A DNA stretch of 51,806 bases, filler included, from Trypethelium eluteriae (Eukaryota): the NCBI GenBank assembly GCA_051942245.1. It is 2 parts of 2 records of this genome, joined end to end, with 100 filler letters (N's around TTAATTAATTAA, not from the genome) between each part and the next. Parts side by side here need not be neighbours in the genome. Positions count along the whole stretch, not along the records: positions 1 to 25,887 come from JAVECL010000362.1; positions 25,988 to 51,806 come from JAVECL010000363.1. One strand, written 5' to 3'. This document shows, piece by piece, positions 25,201-37,349 of the stretch. Numbering within the stretch: the first letter of the stretch is position 1; each line of letters begins with the position of its first letter. A model generated the notes under the pieces. It was not told where the DNA came from. It was given only the letters and a program-made list of their open reading frames with translations, and searched no databases. The position numbers and the translations under genes are program-made.

Positions 25201-25786
25201 TCTTCTCCGATGTCTGTTGCCCTTGCAAATACTCTTCAACCTGCTCTGGAAAGAATCCAATCGTCTCCAACTCCAGATCGAGATTACTGGTAAGACGGAG
25301 CGAGGTGTGTGGTCGAGAAGTGACGATAATGTTGGGCTGGCTCAAAAGTCCCTCTAAAATTCTCCTCATGCCAGACTGCATATCCAATGCATCATGCACC
25401 TCATCCAGGCCATCAAGAATGAAAAGCAATCGCTTGCCTTGGAGATTGAAGGTTTGCTGGAGACTCTCCGCCGAGAACGCGGGACCAAGATGATCAGAAA
25501 AGTATTGTTGATGGAACAACTCTTCAAGATTTCTTGGGTCGTTGCGCATAAGCTTAAGTCGTCGGAGCGGGAGCCAGAGTACGCAATCGAACAAATCTCT
25601 CCACAGTTCCCTGTGAATACATTCATAGACAATCTTTTTAGAAAGAGTTGTCTTTCCCACCCCTGCGCGGCCCCAGATCAGAATACGGTGTGGCCGAGTG
25701 CTTGGGATACCTTGCTTTGGACTGAATAGTGTTTGAAGAGTTAACTGCTGATGATGTTCATGATGTTCTTCATGAAGTTGATCCAA
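22238..25786 (-). CDS. NLR-like protein: NACHT plus about 17 HEAT-like repeats; 5' end missing
   Basis: Walker A GRAGVGKTT, Walker B LLFILDGLDE, IIVTSRP, IPIQLDAIC, YHFLHLTYQEFFAA, then 33-aa units LPxxAVExLIxLLQDxxxxVxxAAxxAL. Intronless 1182 codons. The ORF begins at TTG just after a TGA, 100 bp from the contig end. Confidence 0.9.
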   Translation of the reverse strand: MDQLHEEHHEHHQQLTLQTLFSPKQGIPSTRPHRILIWGRAGVGKTTLSKKIVYECIHRELWRDLFDCVLWLPLRRLKLMRNDPRNLEELFHQQYFSDHLGPAFSAESLQQTFNLQGKRLLFILDGLDEVHDALDMQSGMRRILEGLLSQPNIIVTSRPHTSLRLTSNLDLELETIGFFPEQVEEYLQGQQTSEKTLSDIRDLTKRNSSVQSLAQIPIQLDAICYAWSAKRFQDGHVTMSLLYWAILGQLCEKDIPKLSKKNSNGETITQQQLQGYPTNDLLSVIDAEFSLLGKLAFDGLRNEIYEFDMDQISRVNLDGLKMSDGTLLHMSFLRSSDNSVHPRDRTYHFLHLTYQEFFAAKYFVDQWKAPARQVSIIKMEPEDFLRNEKYNIRYGIFWRFVVGLLRINAPDLLDEFFEVLGGEPLDMLGPTHQRLTIHCLSEVFDRKELNLTFRSKVQKLEEQYLEWTRFEARFNNSTYLMREIECPDWIVESWLEGTNIQKSQVLSVLRDRPSISPEILKLVKEMLGSNDEYVWNAASGILGSRYTQISGENLLDLIPREYISVLLRSKSAFKERRQLSVSAINHLIQLLQDEDRDVQRLAAEILYFNTTECNATDLPVPTIERLIQLLQDQNRNVPPLPHIAATILRSNITNLPVPTVEHLIQLLQDQNSNVQDDAAMALCHNTNIPSVFELLIRLLKHKEPKLQNAAIQALHEQHNIPVSAFEGLSKLLQDKNLDVQVAAAKALNVRTNLPVPVVKALTQMLQHEESELHYAATIALHRQTDLPVSAVERLISLIQDEKSHIRCAASDMVRVQTNLTESALKRLIRLLQDENSNVQNAAAKALCRSSNYTEVDIVFPLLRHKEPKLQQCFSDIINGRTSLPVEAVEALISLLQHKEPELRYAATFTLWKRTNPSVPMVQRLTQLLQDGDPDTQRRAAEVLGQQINLPESAVEALISLLESKNYDVINCVSRALGVQTELPRSGVERLTQLLKHEQIWTQRGAIQALGGQRNLSIATVETLTRSLHHKESNLRPDFVNALGGQNHLSAPVVETLIPLLEDENYAVQDAVAKVLSRQSKLSETVVRILISLFQHERCRVLEDVFRALADREEFYSLIPTLDPRQLHGVLMVWIKMGFSNCLTCFIWEDSLHFNTGGKLKPRTQKLERVEESRRRWSLAQRQ

Positions 25787-25887
25787 TCAACCTAGCCTAC
25801 CGCGTAATCTCGCTATGCTCTACACGAGGGTCAATGCGCGAGATTCTCGAACCTACTACGTAGGTCCTCATTTTACTAGTTAATTAG

Positions 25888-25987
25888 NNNNNNNNNNNNN
25901 NNNNNNNNNNNNNNNNNNNNNNNNNNNNNNNTTAATTAATTAANNNNNNNNNNNNNNNNNNNNNNNNNNNNNNNNNNNNNNNNNNNN
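25888..25987. other. Assembly gap / artificial contig linker
   Basis: 44 N + TTAATTAATTAA + 44 N = exactly 100 nt; the core puts stop codons in all six frames. Confidence 0.95.
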
Positions 25988-26788
25988 GGAGGGGAAGACG
26001 TTGCCAAGGACGCCGAATTCATTTGGGGAGGTGAAAGCCATGGGGGTGGTGAGTCCGAGGAGGGGACTGGGAATGGGTGGAAACCGCGGGAGTGATGAGA
26101 GCGGGGAGTACAGCGCTACGAGTACGAGTAGTCCGGGACGGAGAAACAGTGCCTGGGAAAGGAGTGTAGAGAGTATGAGGGTCCGGGATGCAGGGCTGGA
26201 AGATCTGAAGGTATGCTAACAACATCCCCTTCTCGAACTCTATACAATCCATCGCATAATAGCGAGCATCGGAACCAATAACTCATGCCATTTCTTCAAC
26301 AGATCTTCATTGAAGAGCAAACCGCCCTCCTCGTTCGCTCCATTCAACCCCTCGTCTCCATCATCCGCGCCGCCTCTCCGACAGCGACCTTCGACCTCGC
26401 CACTATCCAAGACCACGTCGCCGACATCGCGACCACCGTCGAGGACATCGTCAACCGCACCTCAGACGCCATGCGCGCGGTCGAGAATCCGGCGGCACTC
26501 GAAAAGCACGCCGCGCCTGTGCTGCGTGTGCTCGAAGAGTGTCGTGCGGGCCTGCTGGATGCCAGTGAAGATGGAAATGGAGTGAGAGCGAAGGTGCCGG
26601 GTTTGGCGTTTAAGATTGCGAGGGGCACGAAGGTATGTTGAAACCTCGATCTGTTGATGGGGAATGAGAGCTTCCAGAATTGATGGACGTGGATATGCTA
26701 ACAGTGTTTATAGGAATTGGTGCTCCGGGTTGATCGAATTGAGAGCGAGGAGCTGACAGAAAGACAGGACCTCCCAAATGAAATCTAG
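25988..26788 (+). CDS. SPA2: 3' part of a Spa2-like polarity protein (GIT1_C-like domain), truncated by the gap
   Basis: LEDLK|IFIEEQTALLVRSIQPLVSIIR..VPGLAFKIARGTK|ELVLRVD; two introns; TAG at 26788. Confidence 0.75.
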
Positions 26789-29700
26789 AGAGTCGGTCCT
26801 CTAATCTTTCTTCCTCCGTTCCGCCCTTTCTCTCTGATGCGTCACTGTCTTGCGATTTAATGGAATCGCAGACGTGGAGGAACATCATGACGAAATATCA
26901 CATGCGTTTCGCACACGTCATTCCACATAGGGTTCGGTGTTTGGGTTTCTTATGTCTAGGGCTTGCTACTGGAGTGGTTCTTCCATAAAATTACCTTCGT
27001 TTCTCAAATGGCTTGCTGCATGGCGAGAAGCATCGCTATTTTTCTAGTACTACTTTGCAGAAGGAGAGAAGGAGAGCTGGCCATATTGTGTAAAACTTAT
27101 TCTGAAGCTGGTGGATCAACGGGTCGAAGATGCCAAAAGGCTCTGAGATCGAGCCCGGGGAGTTTCGTTTGTCCGGTGGGCATTGCTGGAGAGTCGTCGC
27201 GAATGAGAGGAGCAAAAAGTGGGAGCCAAAATGGCCATGGAATAATGTAGCTTTAAGGACAGCTGACTGGACGTTGGGCAAGAATCGTCTTGTTCACGTA
27301 CGAGTTGCTGAATAACATCAAGGTGAGAGGCCTATGCCTCATATTTGCACAGCCTTGTCTAGTCAAGTATTTGCAGTACTCCAAAACTCACATTTCTTCG
27401 TGAGGGACTCCACGGTTAGCGTTACCTTTCCAATGTCGTAGCATTTCCCGTTTCGAATGCTGTCACTCGGTGCATGTTCGTGCTCGCTATCGTGATTACT
27501 TGTCTCTTCGCTACGATAGGCACCGAAATTGCCCTCGGCTGTGATGTCTTCCCCAAGAAAAATTTAAAGGTACAGATTTCAGGGTGCAGATTGCAGACGT
27601 TAAGCAGGAGGACATGGAGAGTGCTGCCATCAAGCTCCAACAAGGACTGAACCTAGAGCTCCTCTCACGTTTCAGGCTTAGCCATATCGGTCCATATCCT
27701 CTCTCAATGGAGTCAGTGCTTGAAGCCGGCACACACGGGAAAGAATTTTCACTTGTGGACTTCAGACTATCTATTGAGTATTGAGCAAAGACTGAAGCTT
27801 CAGTATCCTCACCTACCTTTGTATCGCTATGGTACGCTTCGCCTATTATTAAGTCTGCACTAAAAACGCATTAGACTGAATTCCTGGACTGTAATGTAGT
27901 TATCTGTAGTACAGACATGAGCACTTTCCTGGAAATCGTATCCTCATTCGCTGTTAATATCATAAGCTTGTCGGCTACGTGCATCGTTGTGTTCTATACA
28001 ACGTGTAACCCCCACGTCCTCAACGCAAGCCTTTGAACTTCATACTCATTCACCCCATCCACGTTCTCAATCTCTACCTACAGGCTCTCCAATTCTCACT
28101 AGAGATCTCCTTCAAATGTGTGTCCACAGGCCCTTAACCTTGAACGCCTGGTCCATGAAGCTGAGGACGGCGGTGCTGATAAACATGGACTCCTTCGTAG
28201 CTACGACTGCTTGGTCTAAGATAGGTTGCTGAGATAATTTTCAAGGTCTTGTAAAAAGTCTGATTGATATTCAAATTGGGGATGACCTGGATTCTAGATA
28301 GACATGAGAAAGATTGCGCAAAACGGACTCGATACGTCGATTTGCTCGAAGGGTATCTGGTTCTTCGACATTTTTGTTCTTGAATGGTATTCCAGGTTAA
28401 TGACTGCTGCAGTGTGACAGGAAGATTTTATGTGCGTTTACCCCGGTATGTGATAGTTTCGCCAGCACGAGGAGGCATGGGTAAGGATTGAAACACGGTC
28501 GAGAGAACCGCTGTTTTGTCGGGAAGGGAAAGGCCGGACTGCTGCCTACGAAGACAGTCAAATGGCTAGATCAAAGTGTTGAGCATCAAGTGATCTATCG
28601 CGCCTTCAGAATGTACAGTATAATGATGCGGAAAATCTTGAGTGGAGGAAAATAGAGTTGGCGTGGAGCCCGTCACCCCGTCACACTGCGAATGCTTGTA
28701 GCCGATCAAGCCACCGTTCCACGCCGGTGGTAGCAAGCTTTAAACCGGATATACGGTTTAGACGTAGCACATGTACGATCGCTGGTGTTCTTGACTCTAC
28801 AAGGGGGTTTGAAACACAAAAAGTCGGGGTAGTCTACAATGTTTCAGGACAGACGGAGTGTCCATGCGGCTTTTGCACAACTGTCACCTGCATGATGTAC
28901 GTATTACAGTCAAAGCGGTCGGAAGCTGGCGAGTTCCTTTGCGGGAGCTGGGAAGAAAACCCCGATCTTTAGCTATTTGGATGATTAAACCGAATGAAGA
29001 AAAAGGATTTGTCAATGGTCTCATCATATGTCTATCTGTACTCCGTAGCGATTGTCTGGTCACCCACCTCCATCCCGCCAAGTATTTTGATAGACAAGCT
29101 GGACACACTGGACATCGGCGTACTCCTAGTTCTCTTCGATGACCTGCAGAGCTACACCACACTAATCCCATGATGGCATCTCATGCCTAGCGTCATCTTT
29201 TCTGGCCCTCCAGAGAGTCAAGTTGTCGGACATCAGCTTAGACGACTTTCGCCAATCGTCGGGCTGCCCAATAGAATTTGTCCGGCTGGATACTATCCCT
29301 TATCAGTGTCTCGCATGTCTCCGTCGTAATGGCGACGATTAGAAACACCAGACAAAAGCACTGAGGTAACGATAAGTCTTCAGTATGTTTGTGGTCCGAT
29401 CTAAGCAGCTCGCTAGGGTCTAGAAGAGGAATCCAACAATGCCCAGAATTTTGGTGCATTGCTGGCAAATCCTTGTCCTCGGCTGCCCAAAGACCAGGTC
29501 TTTGACCGGTAGCCTTTGGCCATGCGAGGTGACAGGCATATGCACGGTGTGCCGGTCTAAGAAGCTGGAGTTCTGACTGGTCGCCGCATTAGAATTTAGC
29601 GGGCTCCTGCTTGCGTCCAGTCACGAACCGAGTCGCACACTTTTTACCTTTCTACTCGCCCACGTAGAAGCTTGCGTCCAGGCTTCGATGCCGAGGGTGA

Positions 29701-30343
29701 CCTTGTGCCATTCAACCAGCAGACCAAGGCTGACAGGCCCTTCGCCTTCTTTGCCCTCTTTCGCATCAACGGAGCAATCGCGAAGAGTCGTACGAATCCA
29801 GGCGACCCACCGAGAGCCCAGTGAGCCGCATCGCCGGGCACTACAGGCTTAGTCCTGCTCGGCGTGGGCTAGTGGCAATGAGCTTATCAGTTACCACACA
29901 CCACTGCATCACCTTTCGCACGCGGCCAAGTGTGAAAAAAAGGCTGATCCGGACGTGGGTCGGCGATGTGCGATGGCCCTACATGGACGGACCTGCGTCT
30001 GGACTGGGGTCGGGCCCCAGAAAGCAGCAGCTTTTATTCTGCTGCTTGTCCCTGCTCAAATCCGCCTGACTTTGAGTAATAAAGAGTTTCGAATGCTCCA
30101 TAATTTTCTGACACGAGGGAGAAGCTTTTTGTAGTGCCGAATAATGATTTTTTGAGAAAAATAGAAAGTGACCCACCGGTTGTCATCAAACCTTCTCTTA
30201 TCTTCCCCCTTTCCGTGTCTCCTTACCTTATCTTTGATCCGAAAGGGTCCCTTCGTTACCCGAGTCACGCGACGTCATTCCGCGTACTTCTTCACGTTCT
30301 TCAAGATCGTCAACCACTGCCTTGTCGCAAACTCTATCCAGTC

Positions 30344-32185
30344 ATGGATTACTACGACGTAGAGAAGCATTCCGGCGCCCTGGATAGTCCCCTGAGTCCC
30401 TTGGAAAAGCGACCAACAATCATTGATGATAGTGGTGCTGTGGCAGGAGAGACCTTTGAGTATGGCAATGGTTACTACGCAAGGCTGCAGCGGCTCGCAG
30501 GGAGGTTCAACATTGAGCAAAGAGGCATCGAAAGAGTTCCGGAGAGTGAGAGGACGGACAATGGCTTTAGAGCGCTATTGAATGTTTCGACAATGGTATG
30601 AACTTGAATTTCGTTACTACAACAGAACTCGAAGAGCTCTAATCACTAAGAAAATGTACAGTGGCTATCTGCCAACTTGGTCGTCTCTTCTTTTGCCATC
30701 GGCGTCTTGGCCAAGTCCCTCTTCTATCTCGGCTTTGTGGACGCCGTTCTCGTTGTCCTCTTCTTCAATCTCCTGAGCATCCTCCCCGTCTGCTTCTTCT
30801 CCACCTTCGGTCCCCGCTTTGGATTACGGCAGATGGTTCTGTCGCGCTTTTGGTTTGGCTGGTGGGGTGTCAAGCTCAGTGAGTCCCCTTTTCTTGACTT
30901 GGAGTAAACTCCTGCGCGGAGCCAAGCCTGATTCTAATGCGACTGCGAATCAAGTCTGCGTCTTCAACGTCCTTGCGTGTATCGGCTGGTCGGCCGTCAA
31001 TTCGATCGTAGGTGCTCAGCTCATCAACGCTGTAAATAATGATGTCCCTGGCTTCGCTGGTATCATCATTATCGCCGTTTGCACGTTCATCGTTTGCCTC
31101 TTCGGCTATAAGGTTGTGCATGCATACGAGTTCTGGTCATGGATCCCTACTCTTATCATTTTCCTGATTGTTCTTGGCGAATTTGCGCACTCAGGCGCTT
31201 TTGTCAATCTTCCAATGTCTGTTGGAACGTCGGAACTGGGTGGCGTCCTCAGCTTCGGAGCGACTGTCTTTGGGTTTGGTACGGGCTGGACGAGCTATGC
31301 GGCTGACTACACCGTGTATCAACCTGCTACTCAGTCACGACGAAAGGTCTTCTTATGGACATGGCTTGGACTGATCATTCCGCTACTGTTTTGCGAGATG
31401 CTTGGCGTTGCAATCATGACGGCAACCGATATCAACAACGGCGATAATATCTACCAAGCGGGTTATGACCAGTCTGCTGTCGGCGGTCTCCTCGCAGCTG
31501 TCTTGTTTCCGCCCCTTGGCAACTTTGGCAAATTCTGCTTGGTCATCCTGGCCCTTAGCATCGTTGCAAACAACTGTCCAAACATCTACTCTGTGGCCCT
31601 CACAGTCCAAGTCCTCGGCCGATGGACTCAGCAGGTTCCTCGTTTTGTCTGGACCTTTGTTGGAACTTGCGTCTATATTGCAATCGCTATCCCGGGCTAC
31701 AGCCACTTCGAAGAAGTTCTTCAGAATTTCATGGTACGTTCAAGTCGATACTTTTTTCTTCTTTTTGAATTTGCTTGAAAATTCCATGCACATCCCAAAC
31801 CCCATATTCCACACTCAAACAGATGAATTTCAGTTTCTAATCTTCTTCCCTGGAACAGAACTTCATCGGCTACTGGCTCGCCATCTACGAAGGTATTTCC
31901 CTCACCGAGCACTTCGTCTTTAAGCGCGGCTTCTCGGGCTACGTCCCTGGCCACTATGATCAGCCTTCGAAGCTGCCACCCGGCATCGCTGCCATCGCCG
32001 CTTTCTGCTGCGGCGTTGCCGGCATGGTCGTCGGCATGTCTCAGGTCTGGTGGGTAGGACCCATCGCACAGCATGCAGGTGCGCCGCCGTATGGTGGCGA
32101 TGTTGGCTTTGAGCTTGGCTTTGCTTTTGCGACCGTGAGCTATCTGGGGCTGCGGACGGTGGAGTTAAGGTATTTTGGGAGGTAG
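30344..32185 (+). CDS. FCY2: Purine-cytosine permease (NCS1 family)
   Basis: IEQRGIERVP, WLSANL, FGPRFGLRQMVLSRFWFG, GWTSYAADY, ANNCPNIYS, NFIGYWLAIY. Introns 30596-30661, 30879-30954 and 31734-31858. Confidence 0.95.
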
Positions 32186-32658
32186 TGGAGTTGATCATGG
32201 CAGCGGGGACGTTGAGGTTATTACTCCTGCCGACGGGGTAGGAGATAGATGCTATCTCCATTTGCCGAATTTGCATTCTCGAGTGCATGAAATGATATCC
32301 ACGGCTGCTTTATCTTTTTGGTTCTAAGTCTGCCCTTGAGAGGGGATCAAAGATTCGATGAGGACGACCTCGATGACTTGTTAGAGTATCCTTGTTATGT
32401 ACATTGTACCCATATTACATGGTTTTCGCAAGACTACCTTCCATGTTAACGAAAGTCTTAGATCGCCATCTCATAATTACAGATGAGCCGAATGGATTGA
32501 TTCATCGACTAGAAGACCAAGGTTAATTGTGATCGGAGTTAGAAAGAGTTTTACGAGATCACCTCGATTGGTTGATTTGCTGTAATTTCATCACTAATTG
32601 ACTGGAAGCTACGCTCCTCAATTTCCAAATTAGCCATCAGACATTGGCCCAACAGTCT

Positions 32659-35577
32659 CTACCCAGAAGCGGCTTCTGGGACTGTCCCCTGAACGGCCTC
32701 TGTTCTCCCATCCCGACGCCATCCCCCTTCCCTCATCACACAACACACGCCCATCTCCTCACACCATCTCCTCACCATCCAGGCCCTTAACCCCTTTCCC
32801 CTTTGCCACCATTCCCACTGCCATCCTTCGAATTCCGTCTCTGCCTCTACCCTATCCTTTAGCCACTCAGTCAGATCCTCCGCCACAATGGGATCGTACA
32901 TGAGCATCTTCTCATGCCAACTCGGCCTGTTCGGATCGCTGCTGCGCGGCGCCGCTTTGACGGTCGTGGTGAGGAATGGAAAAAGGCGCTCAGCAACAGA
33001 CGGCCAGAGGGCACGTTCATCGGTGGTGGTAGGACCGAAATAGGAGGCCTTGGAGGTAGAGCTGAAAGGCGGTGGCTTTTTCCCGGGCTTGCGTGATTGC
33101 TTCGGAGCTGGTTTCTCAGCGACTGGATTGGATGCGGTGGAGGCGAGGTCGAGGGCTTGAGGGGGATGAGGGGACTGGGAGGCGCGCCGGCGAGGAGGTG
33201 ATGGAGTGGGCGGGGCCTCGTAGTCAGAAATTTCGTCGATGTCTTGCCATTCATCTTTTTCGGTGGGATGAGAATTATTCTTCTTGGAAGTCCTTGATCT
33301 CCTTTGCTTTGTCGACGTTGTCTGTCCTGAGTCTGAAGCTGGGGCTTTTCGAGGGTTGCGTGGTTTTGGAGCTTGAGACGGATCTTTTCGAGGACGACCT
33401 CGAGCCTTCTTGACGGGCTTAACACAGAGAGGATTAGTTGTCTCTCCGTTCGGTTGTCGTGCAAGAAGGGCTTGCCGACACTCTTGCTCAGCACCTGACC
33501 GTGCAACGTCTGAAAACGTGTCAAGTGCGTCTTTCCGATGGACAGACCGCCTTTCGGTCTCTTTAGTAGCTATCCCATCCACAGGAATAAAATCAGTGCC
33601 GGTCTCGTCCACAAGAGAGGGACTGTTTGCGTGCTTTCCATCTACAGACGCGCTGCCAAAACTTTGAATGCCCTTTCTTCTTTGCCATGCGACTTGAGTC
33701 TTGGTCTCTACGTCATCAATGTGAACGAAGCTTGCTTCCTTTTCCTCCGAAGAAACCGACGGTTGAGCCTCTGACTGCTTAAATTCCGGAGAAAGGGTCC
33801 CGTTGTCGTGGTCACGAGCAGCAGCAGACCATAGCCCTCGGGCTGCTCCAGCAAGGGAGAAGGGTTGCCTAGAATATTTCGGATCCGTCATAGCCATATT
33901 ACTGGCAGCCCCTGGTACAGGAGTAGCAGCCTCCGATTCTCGAATGGCCTGTTGCATGTCTCGAATAAAAGATGGAGACTCTCCACTAGCAAGTTGGCTT
34001 GATGAACCAAATACCAAATCTTGCCGTTCTGCTCTCTTCATCGCAGCTTCCGGTGAGTATAGCCGTTTTCGACCACGAACAGACTTCTGCGTCTTACTTG
34101 CTTTTCGTCCATTCCTCTTGTCAATTTTGTCCCGACTTTCTTTGGAGGGCGACTTTCGCCGGCCAGCCGCTTTGATACCTTCTTGTACAGGCGCCGATGC
34201 TTTCAGGTCACTTCTAGTTTCCACATCACTGGATGTCGCACGTTCTGGCCCGAAAAGTTTGGAAAAAGAGTTGGACGTCGATGGACTAAACCTGGCTGGG
34301 CGATATTGCGCAGTTGCAAGAGCAGTGATTGTTGTTGGCTTTTTCTTCGGCGACCTTGACGGCTTCTTGGTTGTCTCAGTAGTCGATGGATCTAACGCTG
34401 ATGTAGAGATTGCAATGAGCTACGGGAATCGTCATTAGCTAAGACGAGAAATTCGAGTTGGGATTCAAATTACCTCAACGCGTCGCTTTTTGGGATATGA
34501 CTCGCCTGACGTAATTCGGGGAGACTTTTCTGGGGAGATCGATGGTGGCTTTATCGGCTGATTGGGATAATGAAAGTGCCCACAAAAGTCTGGGAATGAT
34601 TTCTTTGAGCGTCCTTCATCCTTGCCGTCTTTACTTCCGTCTCCCGTGGGCGAGATAATTTCGGGCTCAGAAGGTGCTTCTTGGCATGCTCTAGGTGGCG
34701 TCCAATCCGTCCTTCTCGCAGTAGCCTGCTCGAGCAGCAATGGTGTATCGTTTGCTAGTTCATCCGTAATTGTCAAACCATTAGTGACCTCCTTCGATGG
34801 CTTCTGCGCCATTTCAGGTGGGATTGCCACGTCGTGGTGTTGGAAATGCTCGGATGTGGCCCCTGTAGATCTTTGTCTCACCTTCTGCTTGCTGCTGTCC
34901 TTTAGCTGCTTCGATACCCCCCGGGCGACCCTGGGCTTGGTGACCCGACCCTTTTTGATTTTGGTCTGCTGTTTAGGGTCATTATTGGAAGCCCCTTTCC
35001 GGCGAATCGCAGAGAGGGACGCAGGTGCAGGGGGTGGCGTCGGAAGGCTACGTGCAGCTTGGGCGACATCCGGTGATTCGGGGATCTCAAGTACTGAGAC
35101 ATCAATGACTGAATCTTGGAAATCGGTATCTGGATCATCATTCGATCCGCCAGCTTTGGCCTTTTCGGATGACGGGTTGGTATTCTCGTCCGTGAGCTGC
35201 TGCTTCTTTGTTCGTTTACCTCTCTCGACAAGTGTTCCCACCGTTCTCGAGCTGTCTAAGCTCGAAATCCGGGAGGCATCGACAGCTGCAGATTCTCTGC
35301 CTCCGTGCGCGTGTGTATCATCCGAGCTTTGTGTATCCTTGAGCAGAGTTGCTGCGCTTGTGAATCCAGTTGTTGCGCCCTGCGGTATCTGCGCTGCCCT
35401 GGAGCCCGTTCGCAAAGCATTGGTCTTGACCTTCAGGAGGCGAGTAGGCGAAGGAAGGTCAGGAGAAAGCCAGGACGTGGCATGTACAGCTCGTCGCTGA
35501 GCAGCCGGCGGAGTCTCTGCGATTTCAAGTGATTGGATTGGCGAAGAAGAGAGCAGCACCACCTCCTTTGCAGCCAT
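32659..35577 (-). CDS. SLX4: Structure-specific endonuclease subunit SLX4
   Basis: ARRTDWTPP; KKPTTITALA; QDLVFGSSSQL; C-terminal SWHEKMLMYDPIVAEDLTEWL..VRRWCEEMGVCC. Intron 34420-34473. Confidence 0.92.
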
Positions 35578-36060
35578 TAAACACTGTGACAGCACGCATG
35601 GCCTTCCGAGCCTCCGACAGACCAATGAAAGCAACGTTGATGATTGGTAAGAGCTAAGAATCTCGAGAGCGCATGGAAGACGCGTATGTACAAGCTGGTG
35701 TAGAGGGGCGTTGGTGGGCGGCCGTTTCGACGAGCAGGGGCCGAGAGCTTTCTGCTCCGGCGACTGCTCTTGCACCCTCCCTCGTGCCTTCCACCAAGTC
35801 CTCCCACCCTCCTTCCTTGCTCTGCCATCGGCCAGCAACAACAAGGACCGCGAGAAAATGTAAGGTATCTCGCGACTACCCTTGGTGTGAGATCTCCGTC
35901 TGACATAGTGGCGTTTGGCCGAGATTCGCTTACTCATTGTCCCTTGATACCAAGGACTGACACCCAATCAGTGGACGCTGTCCTGAAGGCCTCTTCACTG
36001 GTAACAATCGATAGGGCTACAGCCTCGCGAAACTGATCTTCAGATATCCCATACTCTCAG

Positions 36061-36840
36061 AATGCATCTCAATGCTTCAAGTTCCAAAGCGAGGCTATCC
36101 CCTCTCCACTGCCCTTCACCCTGAGCTGGTGGAGTGAACTAACACACTACCCACGCATCCGCAGCTGTAGTCCATTATCATCCTCTGCTCTGCTCACTTG
36201 CACCAGGTCTCGCACAGAAGCTCGATGCTCCCTTGCCCGCTTGGAGGTTGATCTGGATTTGCCAGACGATGACCGAAGCTATGTATCAAATCATCGAGAA
36301 TTTCTGATCAGTTCGTGCAAGCTCTCTGTAGCTGGGCTGCCTGTTCATCGACTACAGCAAAGAGTCAACTTCAATGTTGGCTGATACTTCACGAGCATAC
36401 TACTGTGCAACGGTAACGTAACACATGTTTTCATCAAACCTTGGCAAGAACCGGAAATGTCATAGTCGTATGACCGACAGACGAGGGAAAGGCAGTTCAC
36501 CACCAAGGACCTTGGGAGTTTTCAGCTCATCGGTTCCATGCCTATCGACGAGCTGAGTGCATCACAAAGCATCGACGAGGACACTCTCTGATGCTTCCTC
36601 GGACTTGACAGCGTTAGGAACGGATGTCGACAAACTTGACCCGGCTTCGAAGCGTATTCTTCGCGACTTAAGCTGACCATCTCGCAAGAGGAAGAAGTTT
36701 TATATCGTGGCGACCGGATTACCGACGGGGTGAATGGTAGAAAGACTGGCACTGCCATTCTGATTACCGTCACTGCATTTGAGCCAACATCGAACGTGCT
36801 GTCTGAACGTAGGAGAACGTACTGGATACCTGTCGAATGA
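36061..36840 (+). pseudogene. Probable decayed gene (possibly 2EXR/F-box-like)
   Basis: One frame runs 260 codons with only four internal stops. It contains SALLTCTRSRTEA, resembling the LLxxCRESRxEA motif. Confidence 0.35.
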
Positions 36841-37349
36841 ATATCTTGAGGGTCGCAACATCATCACCCGAAGCATGTAGACTTTTATGGAAGAAAGTCA
36901 AAGACAGAGGGTGCGTGGAAAGAATATCCGGAATGGTGGTCTGGTAAGCTGAACATGAAGAAACGATGGGCCAATGTTGATCAGTCCTGAGCTCTTGGAT
37001 ATACCAAACCCCTCGGCAAAACGCATTGGAGTCTGGACAGTTGGCGCGTGCATCTTCGCTCTTTCGCTATCTGGGTCGTGGGACTGATGAGCTGGGTAAA
37101 GTGGCACTGGCAAAATAGATCAATGAATGTACATGAATACGTTACCGAATTTGGAGGACAAGAGTCAACTCAGGGTCCCTGACACAGAAAAAGCACGGTT
37201 CAAGGCCTCCCTGTAGAAGGAGCAATCATACGGATTCATGACAGACGCCACAAGTTTGGGTATTGCCCGCTGGTAATGACATGAGACTGGATGTCGGGCA
37301 TGCGAGACCATCACCCAACGTCCATTATACTGGCGCTGATCTTGAATCA

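Noticed and set aside
25932..25943. TTAATTAATTAA palindrome as a biological site (for example a piggyBac target)
   Set aside because: It is centred in a symmetric 100-nt N block, which marks a scaffolding linker.
22238..26788. NLR-SPA2 adjacency
   Set aside because: It spans the artificial junction, and both genes lack their 5' ends.
33803..35500. Long plus-strand ORFs (211 and 292 aa)
   Set aside because: Antisense shadows of SLX4.
36640..36850. SH3-like motif (FEAYSSRLKLTI..YWIPVE)
   Set aside because: The spacing is too long for SH3 and the key Trp is absent.
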